The position numbers and the translations under genes are program-made. Of a stretch of 63,380 nucleotides of DNA, positions 51,888 through 59,193 are shown piece by piece (positions within the stretch are counted from its first letter, which is position 1; every line of letters begins with the position of its first letter). Below the pieces are notes generated by a model. It made no database searches. It worked only from the letters and a program-made list of their open reading frames with translations, and was not told where the DNA came from. Source of the stretch: Planctomycetota bacterium (lineage in GTDB: Bacteria; Planctomycetota; UBA1135; GCA-002748355); the NCBI GenBank assembly GCA_002685965.1, contig NYZE01000009.1, forward strand, positions 2,882 to 66,261. Reading direction: 5' to 3'.

Positions 51888-52874
51888 TCATTGTTTGTAC
51901 GGATCCTTGACCCAATCGACGCCGTACATGTTGATGAACGTCGGCGCGATGCGCGCGCCCTTGGCGGCGAGCGAAAACTCGAATCCGATCGGCTCTGCGG
52001 CGGTGTACATGGCTCGCCCGTTCAGTTGCGTACGGCCCCAACGCTCGCCGAGCGCGACCATCTCAAACTTGGTGAACACGCCGCGCTTGCGGTCGTAGAC
52101 CGCGCGGCCGAGCAGCTTCGTTGCGACACCGTGCGGCCAATCCCGCTGAGGCTTCCAGTAGTTGCCGCCGAGCAACCACTTGTCCGACGATGCCTTCGTC
52201 GTGCCACTCAGCTGCACCTCCACGAGGTCTCCGTCCTGTCCGGTGACTTCACTCGTGATCTTGCTGCTCGTGACTTCGGACGGTGCGTAGGGAATCGTCT
52301 GCCCATGCACGTTGTCGACCAGGTGGAAGCGCGTGAGGCGTTCGACAATGAGTCGCGACACCGGCCCCTTTTGTCCCGGGGTAAGTTGATCGGGCAGGAA
52401 GCCGCGCGCTTCCTTTTTCGCGAACCAAACCTGATCCGGGTTAAACGGCATGACCGCAGCCGCAGCGGGATCGAGCTTCTTCGGCAGGTCACGTGCCGTG
52501 CGGACCAAAACGAGACCAGCGCTGGGATAGCTATCCTCCCAACGCGGGCCAACCTCGATGCTCGTGCCGACGGGCAAGGAGCGTTCCTCCGTGGACAGCT
52601 GGTCCCATTTCTCAAGCGCACCCTCGAGCATCTTGGCAACCAGGTCGGCGTTGAGCGAGTTTCGCCCGGCCAGGCGCGCACCGCCAGCCGTGCATACATA
52701 GATGCCCTGCATCGTTCCGCGGCTCGGTTCCTCCGTGCCACGGAAAATCTTGCGGAACACCCTGCACTCGGGTCCCGCATCGCGCTGCAGTCGGTAGACC
52801 TCGTCAGCAACAGGTACGAACTTCTTCGTCAGCTCGATCAGCTTCTCTTTGGACCAGACAGACCGTCGGCCCAC
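51888..52874 (-). CDS. hypothetical protein; probably the C-terminal 328 aa of a TGA-containing thioredoxin-like protein (see 52887-53114)
   Basis: It has a good-looking coding frame, a called GTG start and no signal peptide. It is in the same frame as the upstream 75-aa ORF, separated from it by TGA plus 4 sense codons. Confidence 0.65.
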   Translation of the reverse strand: MGRRSVWSKEKLIELTKKFVPVADEVYRLQRDAGPECRVFRKIFRGTEEPSRGTMQGIYVCTAGGARLAGRNSLNADLVAKMLEGALEKWDQLSTEERSLPVGTSIEVGPRWEDSYPSAGLVLVRTARDLPKKLDPAAAAVMPFNPDQVWFAKKEARGFLPDQLTPGQKGPVSRLIVERLTRFHLVDNVHGQTIPYAPSEVTSSKITSEVTGQDGDLVEVQLSGTTKASSDKWLLGGNYWKPQRDWPHGVATKLLGRAVYDRKRGVFTKFEMVALGERWGRTQLNGRAMYTAAEPIGFEFSLAAKGARIAPTFINMYGVDWVKDPYKQ

Positions 52875-52878
52875 GACG
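52864..52878 (-). promoter_or_regulatory. candidate SECIS-like hairpin downstream of the in-frame UGA
   Basis: The mRNA can form CGUCG-UGGGC-CGACG starting 9 nt after the last base of the UGA. It is a 5-bp GC stem with a G-rich 5-nt apical loop. It is short and not diagnostic on its own. Confidence 0.3.
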
Positions 52879-52886
52879 CCATTGCC

Positions 52887-53114
52887 TCAGGTGCAACCCA
52901 GTGGGTGACCGTTCATGACCCAAACCAGGACTGGCTTGTCCTCGGCGTTGGCGCGGCGTAGACCGGCCGCGAACGACGAGAGCCACGGGATCCGTTGCCA
53001 CCTGATCTCCTTCGCCGCGGGCCGCAAAGGGTCTCTCCATGCGGAGAAGTTGTCCTCGGAGAGCTGCGCGAGAATGGGCGACACAAGCAAGAGCGACACG
53101 AGCATGGAACGCAT
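52887..53114 (-). CDS. N-terminal signal peptide plus first half of a thioredoxin-like domain, ending C-T-TGA (candidate selenocysteine codon)
   Basis: MRSMLVSLLLVSPILAQ...IRWQRIPWLSSFAAGLRRANAEDKPVLVWVMNGHPLGCT followed by TGA at 52889-52887. On its own this ORF would encode a truncated fold. Confidence 0.55.
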   Translation of the reverse strand: MRSMLVSLLLVSPILAQLSEDNFSAWRDPLRPAAKEIRWQRIPWLSSFAAGLRRANAEDKPVLVWVMNGHPLGCT

Positions 53115-53137
53115 ACGCGAGAGTGTAACCTAGTGCC

Positions 53138-54241
53138 GTGACCATCCGCGCAGCAGTCATGCCGGGCGCCGGCCAACCGGTCGAAGTGCGCGACTTCGCC
53201 GAACCCAACCTCGAACCCGAGTCCGCTCTACTCGAAGTCGCCCTCAGCGAGGTGTGCGGCACCGACGTGCACCTCTTGCACTCGCGACTCGCCGGCGTGC
53301 CTTATCCGATCATCCCCGGCCACGTTTCGGTCGGCAGGCTGGCCAAGATCCGCGGCAACTTGCGCGACATCGAAGGCCTGCCCCTGAGCGAAGGCGACGC
53401 TGTCACGTTCCTGGACGTGCACCGCACTTGCCACGCTTGCTGGTACTGCCTCGTCGGCAAGGCGAGCACGCGTTGTCCCAAGCGCAAGGTCTACGGCATC
53501 ACCTACGGGCTCGAGGACGGCCTCACGGGTGGCTGGGCGACGCACATCCACCTCAAGCAGGGCGTCCATTGCATTCGCCTCGGCGCCGCCTCGTTCGAAC
53601 GCTTCATGGCGGGAGGTTGCGCACTCCCGACTTCCCTGCATGCGACTGACCTCGCCGAGATTCGCATCGGCGACACAGTGCTCGTTCTCGGCAGCGGACC
53701 GGTCGGGCTGTCCGCCGTCGCCCTCGCCAGGATGAGCGGTGCGCTGCGCGTGCTCTGCATCGGCGGGCCGGCGAACCGGCTGACCGCCGCCCACGCGATC
53801 GGCGCCAGCGACACCCTCGACTTCACGACGATGGACCCCGATGCGCGAGCGAAATGGGTTCGCGACCGCACGGTCGGCCGCGGTGCCGATGTCACGATCG
53901 AAGCCACCGGGGCACCCGGCGCGGTCACGGACGCGCTCCGCGCGACGCGCGACGCTGGCCGCGTGGTCGTCGTGGGTCAATACACCGACCATGGCGACGT
54001 CGCGCTCAACCCACACCTGGACCTGAACAAGAAGCACCTCGAGGTGCGCGGTTGCTGGGGCAGCGACTTCTCGCACTTCTACCGTGGTGTGCAGGTCATG
54101 GCGGATCCCGACCGCGCGGCGCCGTGGTCAGCCATCGCTCCCGAGCGTTTCGGGCTCGGCGACGCCAACGAAGCACTTGCCGCCGTCGCCGAGGGATCGG
54201 TCATCAAGGCCTTCATCGAGCCCGGGCGCGCCGACGCCTGA
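53138..54241 (+). CDS. Zn-dependent medium-chain dehydrogenase/reductase
   Basis: GTG start. Motifs are SEVCGTDVHL, IPGHVSVG, CHACWYCLVGKASTRC (structural Zn) and VLGSGPVG. Confidence 0.8.
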   Translation: MTIRAAVMPGAGQPVEVRDFAEPNLEPESALLEVALSEVCGTDVHLLHSRLAGVPYPIIPGHVSVGRLAKIRGNLRDIEGLPLSEGDAVTFLDVHRTCHACWYCLVGKASTRCPKRKVYGITYGLEDGLTGGWATHIHLKQGVHCIRLGAASFERFMAGGCALPTSLHATDLAEIRIGDTVLVLGSGPVGLSAVALARMSGALRVLCIGGPANRLTAAHAIGASDTLDFTTMDPDARAKWVRDRTVGRGADVTIEATGAPGAVTDALRATRDAGRVVVVGQYTDHGDVALNPHLDLNKKHLEVRGCWGSDFSHFYRGVQVMADPDRAAPWSAIAPERFGLGDANEALAAVAEGSVIKAFIEPGRADA

Positions 54242-54290
54242 TTCAGGGAAACCGATCGCGACGACCGAGGCTAAAGCTCAGCGCGAGTCG

Positions 54291-56387
54291 CTAGCGCACG
54301 TAGGACGGGAAGCGCTGCTGCAACTGCTTCATGAGCGGCGCGGCCGCTGCCTTTCCAACGACTGACTCGACCGCGACGGCGTGCACGTACAGGAACGACG
54401 GATCCGACGGATCGAGGCGCACGGCTTCGGTGAATGACGACAGCGCCGGCTTGCGCTCGCCAATGCGCACGAGGTACAGGCCGAGCGCGTGGTGCAACGC
54501 CGCGGCACGCGGATTGCGCGCCAGACCCTCACGCAAGAGGCGACCACACTCGGCCTCTCGACCCTGAGCTCGGTGCAGGTCCGCCAGGTTGGCGCGCGCC
54601 ACGACAAAATCGGGCTGCAGACGTAGAGCTTCCTCGTAGGCGTCCTGAGCTCTCGCCACGTCACCCTGCTGCGCGAAGAACACGCCGAGGTTGACGTGCG
54701 CCTGAGCTTGGTCCGCGGCGATCTTCTGCGCGTCCAGATACTCCTCGAGCGCCTTGGCCGGTAGCGCAGCACGGCCCGCCAGCGCGCGCACGGCGGCGAT
54801 GCGGACGCTGCGGATCGGGTCGGACAGCAGTGGCACGGCTGCGTCCGGCACGACCAGCCCCACGGCAGCCGCGCGCACGAGCGGATCCGCGTCCTCCACC
54901 GCGCGCCGGGCCACGCGTTCCGTCTTGGCATCGGCCCATGAGGCGAGCAGCCGCAACGCGGTCGCGCGCGCGATCGCCGGTCGGTCCGCGTTCTGCACGA
55001 GCGCACGCAGCATGTCGGGCGCACCCTTGCCGAAACTGCGCCCCGCGTTGAGCGCATGGGCGAACTCGGGTCCGCGCAGACGTTCCGCACCGAACCGCGT
55101 GCGCACCTCACCCGCCGCCCACGCCGCATCCTTGTCGGCATGGCAGCCAGTGCAAGCATTCGGCGTCCCGAGCTTCACGGACAAATCCGGGCGGGGCACC
55201 TGCAGCGCGTGATCGCGACGGCGGTCGACGCCCATGTAGACCCGTTCCGGCATGTGGCAGTCGACGCACTGGGCGCCAGGCGTAGCCGGCGCGTGAAAGT
55301 GATGCTGGCCCGTGTCGTAGCGGTTCGCGTCGTGACAACGCACGCACAGGGCGTTGCCCTCGGCGCGCAGGGCCAACCCATGCGGTTCGTGGCAGTCAGC
55401 GCAGGCGACGCCCTTGTGGTACATGCGGCTCTGCACAAATGAGCCGTAGACATAGACCTCGTCCTGGATCTGCCCGTCGGCACGGTAGAGCCCCTCGTCA
55501 AGCAAGGCGAGTTCGTGCGAGTCGGCAAGCGGCTGGCCGTGCCGATAGTCTTCGATCAAGGCCGTGCGCCGCGAGTGGCAGCGCGCACAAGTCTCGACCT
55601 GGGCGTTGGACTGTAGCGGCATGCGGCGTTGCGCCGTCTGCTCACCGGTCGCGAAGAACCACGCTTCCGCTTCCGAGGTCTTCAGGTGCAAGACCAGGCC
55701 GTCGTCAGGACCCTGGCGCGCCGGGTCCTGACGCGCCCATGCGACATGGCGCGAACCGGGTCCATGGCAGGCCTCGCACGCCACGTTGAGCTCTTCCCAC
55801 TTCGTGTCGTAGCGATCGGCCTTCGCGTCGTAGCGCTTTTGCAGCTGGGTCGAGTGACACTCGGCGCAGGTGTGGTTCCAGTTCTGCACGCGCCCGGTCC
55901 AGTGCAGTGGATCCGTGTGCGTCACGCGCTGTCCCGGATAGAGGTGGTACCAGCGTTGCCCGCCCTCGGCCTTGGGACGCGCGTCCCAGCACCAGGGAAG
56001 CGGCTGCAACCGACCGCCTTCGAAGGCGACCAGGTATTGCTGCAGCGGATGCACGCCAAAGGTGTAAGCCACTTCGAAGTCGGCGAGCACGCCGTCAGGA
56101 CCGTCGGTCTGGACGATGTGCTTGTCGCCGCGCCGCAGGAAGGTCGTTGTCACCTTCCCTTCGTTAGCAGTGGCGTTGCCGAAGTCACCGAGCACGGTCG
56201 AGGCCTTGGCCGGCTGCATCGCCAGATCGTGGTGCGAGCCACGCCAGCGTTGGTACTCGGCCGCGTGACACTCACGACACGAAGCCACTCCGACATAGGT
56301 CGGGGAGGCCTCCACGGCTTTGTCCTGGCTACATGAGGCGAGGACCGCGAGGAGCCACGCTGCTATCGGTCGGAGTGTTCGAGGCAC
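54291..56387 (-). CDS. octahaem c-type cytochrome (cytochrome c554/NrfA-like multihaem) fused to C-terminal TPR/HEAT repeats, lipoprotein
   Basis: GTG start with lipobox LAVLASC. There are eight CxxCH motifs: CRECH, CAECH, CEACH, CARCH, CADCH, CVRCH, CVDCH and CTGCH. The C-terminal ~250 aa have TPR-like repeats (NLGVFFAQQGDVARAQDAYEEALRLQPD...). Confidence 0.8.
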   Translation of the reverse strand: MPRTLRPIAAWLLAVLASCSQDKAVEASPTYVGVASCRECHAAEYQRWRGSHHDLAMQPAKASTVLGDFGNATANEGKVTTTFLRRGDKHIVQTDGPDGVLADFEVAYTFGVHPLQQYLVAFEGGRLQPLPWCWDARPKAEGGQRWYHLYPGQRVTHTDPLHWTGRVQNWNHTCAECHSTQLQKRYDAKADRYDTKWEELNVACEACHGPGSRHVAWARQDPARQGPDDGLVLHLKTSEAEAWFFATGEQTAQRRMPLQSNAQVETCARCHSRRTALIEDYRHGQPLADSHELALLDEGLYRADGQIQDEVYVYGSFVQSRMYHKGVACADCHEPHGLALRAEGNALCVRCHDANRYDTGQHHFHAPATPGAQCVDCHMPERVYMGVDRRRDHALQVPRPDLSVKLGTPNACTGCHADKDAAWAAGEVRTRFGAERLRGPEFAHALNAGRSFGKGAPDMLRALVQNADRPAIARATALRLLASWADAKTERVARRAVEDADPLVRAAAVGLVVPDAAVPLLSDPIRSVRIAAVRALAGRAALPAKALEEYLDAQKIAADQAQAHVNLGVFFAQQGDVARAQDAYEEALRLQPDFVVARANLADLHRAQGREAECGRLLREGLARNPRAAALHHALGLYLVRIGERKPALSSFTEAVRLDPSDPSFLYVHAVAVESVVGKAAAAPLMKQLQQRFPSYVR

Positions 56388-56475
56388 GTGCCCTTATCCT
56401 GGCACCCGCGCCAGCCTCCTTCGAGGATCTCGCCTTCAATCGAGGCCCCCGGGCTAACACCTCGCCAAAGCGAGC

Positions 56476-57507
56476 TCAGGCCAGGCTGACAGCCGGCGTT
56501 CCGCTCTCGCCGAGCACTTCGAGCAGATTCTTCATGAGCCGTCGCTCGAGACGCCGCAGACACCGCGGGCTGTCGTCGGCCACCGGGATGCTGCCGCCAC
56601 CGACCGTGCCGTGACCACCGAACGAACCTTCGCCGTCGAGGACGTCGCGCAGTAGCGACCAGGCGTCGCGACCGTAGCTGTTGGTACGGACGGAGATGTA
56701 GTAGATCCCTTCGTAGAGGCCGCCACAAACCACCCACTCGGCGCTTTGCAGACGCAGCAGGAGGTCCGCTAGTTCGGCGACGATCTCCGGGTTGTCGGTA
56801 CGGCCCAAGCTGCACACGACGACCTTGCCGTAGATGCGAGTCGCGTTGAGCGCCTTGCGGAACGCGCGAAAGTAGTTCTTGGGCAGCGACGGGCCTGTGA
56901 TCCGCGCCAGGGCCTTGCGATCGGCACGGGCCATCAGGCGCATGTAAGCGCCCTCGTCGAGCACCGAAGTGTTGCGCGACAGCTCTGCGGTATCCGTGCG
57001 AATCCCGTAGAGCAGGGCGGTGGCGACGCGCGGCGGAATCGAGATGCCGAGTCCCATCAAGTAGCTCGTCACGATCGAGCAGGTCGCGCCGACATCGGTG
57101 CGCACGTCGCGGAACCGCCCAATCTCCGGATCGTTGCTCGGCGGCACGTGGTGGTCAATCACGGCGTCGACCGGCAATCCCTCGGGCAGCACGGTGTGGC
57201 CGAAGCCCGGCTGCGTGTCAACAACGCAGAGGCCGTCGAACCGCGACAGGTCGAGGTCGGATACGTGGATCATCCCGATGCCGAGGCTGCGCACCATTTC
57301 GAGGTTCTCGGCGCGGAACACGTCGCCGCGATAACCGAAGGTCGTCGGCACCTTCAGGTGCTTCTCGATCAGGAAGCGCAGCCCAAACGCCCCGCCCATG
57401 GAATCCGGGTCGGGGTTGTTGTGGCTAAGTACGAGGATCCGGCGCCGTCCTTCCAGGACGGACAGGAGCTCCCGCACACGGCTGCTTTTCTCCAGGACTA
57501 GGCTCAT
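56476..57507 (-). CDS. DHH/DHHA1 family phosphoesterase (NrnA-like)
   Basis: ATG 57507 gives MSLVLEK. Motifs are LSHNNPDPDSMG, VIDHHV (DHH) and GGHGTVGGG (DHHA1 GGGH). Confidence 0.8.
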   Translation of the reverse strand: MSLVLEKSSRVRELLSVLEGRRRILVLSHNNPDPDSMGGAFGLRFLIEKHLKVPTTFGYRGDVFRAENLEMVRSLGIGMIHVSDLDLSRFDGLCVVDTQPGFGHTVLPEGLPVDAVIDHHVPPSNDPEIGRFRDVRTDVGATCSIVTSYLMGLGISIPPRVATALLYGIRTDTAELSRNTSVLDEGAYMRLMARADRKALARITGPSLPKNYFRAFRKALNATRIYGKVVVCSLGRTDNPEIVAELADLLLRLQSAEWVVCGGLYEGIYYISVRTNSYGRDAWSLLRDVLDGEGSFGGHGTVGGGSIPVADDSPRCLRRLERRLMKNLLEVLGESGTPAVSLA

Positions 57508-57591
57508 GGTCGGATTCAGACTCCCCCACCGGTTGGCGCCCACCCGGCGCCGTCCACGAACGGGCTTCTTCGGCTACGCCGTCCCCAAGCC

Positions 57592-58488
57592 TTAGAGGCC
57601 GAACGTCTCGAGGAAAGCGCGTCCTTGGCGGAGGTCGCCGTCGCGGCAAGCAGGATCGTAGTCAACAACGGTAGGGAGGCCCGAATGGAGGGATCTCATA
57701 TAGGGAGCCACCTCGGCATAGTCTACTCCCCCGCTTCCGGGAACCGCCTGCAGTCCACGACCGGAATAATCAGATAAGTCACTCCCTCCAAGGTACTTAG
57801 AGAGCATTTCCAGGGTCTCGCCGCTGCCCTCGCCCCCTAGACTGGCGCGCAAGGCGACGACCGCCGGACGATGCCAATAGGCGACCGCAAGCCCCCGCAA
57901 ATCGTCCATAACCTCCTGCAGATCCCTGGCTTGAGACGCTGAACAGAGATCCGGGGACTCGGTGAGGGCCAATCGGACCGGAGCGATGGCTGACGCGACC
58001 CCGTGCAACGCGCGACAGGCCCGATCGAGGTAGCGGCCACGGCAGGCAGTGAGCCGGTCACAAAGCACCGACAAGCGTTCTTCGTCCCAGCCATCCCCCC
58101 CATCTCGAAGATCCGTGCCGGCCATCGGCTCGCCCGTCAGCGCCACGCGGGGCGCCTCCACGATCAGGTATGGCGCACCAACCTGGCGCGCGACCGCAGC
58201 GCCCCGCTCGATGCGGGCGCGCGCCGCGAGCACTTCGTCGTCGCGGCTAGAGGCAAGCGATCCATCCGGGGTGGCGAACAGTCCATCCGCGCGCACCGCG
58301 GGGATGCGGATCGGCAGGTCCTCGATCACAGCCGGGAGGTCCTCCCACGGCACCCGTCGACCGCTCGGCGCGGGAACGATGCCGTCGTAGCCGAGTTCGA
58401 GGCAGCGAATACACATCGAGCGCACGTCGGCTGCGCCCTGGGACGAAAGCCAAACCGCACCGATCGCGACACACGCAGCGTCAGCCAC
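57592..58488 (-). CDS. hypothetical protein, possibly a xylose-isomerase-like TIM barrel (sugar phosphate isomerase/epimerase family)
   Basis: The ORF runs to 58770 but overlaps the AMMECR1 gene, so a GTG 58488 or ATG 58416 start is more likely. The fold call rests only on weak alternating beta/alpha pattern recognition (IGAVWLSS..., YLIVEAP...). Confidence 0.4.
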   Translation of the reverse strand: MADAACVAIGAVWLSSQGAADVRSMCIRCLELGYDGIVPAPSGRRVPWEDLPAVIEDLPIRIPAVRADGLFATPDGSLASSRDDEVLAARARIERGAAVARQVGAPYLIVEAPRVALTGEPMAGTDLRDGGDGWDEERLSVLCDRLTACRGRYLDRACRALHGVASAIAPVRLALTESPDLCSASQARDLQEVMDDLRGLAVAYWHRPAVVALRASLGGEGSGETLEMLSKYLGGSDLSDYSGRGLQAVPGSGGVDYAEVAPYMRSLHSGLPTVVDYDPACRDGDLRQGRAFLETFGL

Positions 58489-58531
58489 GGCGAGTGGTGT
58501 ACCTGGAGGTTCGAGGCATAGACAGGCGATT

Positions 58532-59071
58532 CTAGGTCGCCAGCTTCTGCCCTTCCATGACCCAGAGCTTGGCGGACGGCAAGAGCCACGATTCGGCGGG
58601 CAACTTGAGCTTCTTGGTGCACAGGTTTCCGAGCAGGTCGACCGCGTTCCAACCTTGCTCGACCGCGACTTGTGGCAGGAATACAGCAGTCCGATCATCC
58701 AACTCGAGCACGACGCCGTGGCGACCGATCTCGATGTCGCCAGGACCGTCGATGCGCTGGCGCGGGCCAAGCAGCATCAACTCCACCGTCAGGTTGGCAA
58801 GCTCATCGACGGTGACCCGTCGATCGGCGAAGCGACCATCGCGGAGCGCCGCCGCGGCGGTCTCGATCGCCGTCACGGCACTGTTTCGCGTCGGATCCAG
58901 CCTGCCGATGCACCCGCGCAGCTCACCACGTACGCGCACAGTAATGAACATCGGCTGTGGTTCGGCAAAGACCGGGTCGCAGGGATCGACCGGTGGCTGG
59001 CGACGGTGGACACAAGCCCGGATGGTTTCCTCTACGAGTTGCAGCAGACGCCACTGATCCTCGGCCGACAC
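58532..59071 (-). CDS. AMMECR1 domain protein
   Basis: PMFITVRVRGELRGCIGRL...DPRF...L..L.VELMLL...HGVVLE...AVFLPQV is the AMMECR1 signature. Confidence 0.8.
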   Translation of the reverse strand: MSAEDQWRLLQLVEETIRACVHRRQPPVDPCDPVFAEPQPMFITVRVRGELRGCIGRLDPTRNSAVTAIETAAAALRDGRFADRRVTVDELANLTVELMLLGPRQRIDGPGDIEIGRHGVVLELDDRTAVFLPQVAVEQGWNAVDLLGNLCTKKLKLPAESWLLPSAKLWVMEGQKLAT

Positions 59072-59193
59072 GGCATCGCTCCGCGGGTTGAAACGAGGTA
59101 GTGGTCATCCTAGTGGAGAACAAGCGCCTTCGCCGTACATTGGTCGATATCCTCGACGCCATCCTCGGCAGGCCCAAGCCGATCCAGAGCAAG

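Noticed and set aside
57661-57800. A locally lower G+C stretch (about 57-58% by hand count, against about 62-65% in the adjacent lines) at the 3' end of ORF 57592-58488. This could be foreign DNA or a hidden RNA gene.
   Set aside because: The dip is small and short and lies entirely within an open reading frame. It has no flanking repeats or structure. Hand counts over 60-nt lines are too noisy to support a claim.
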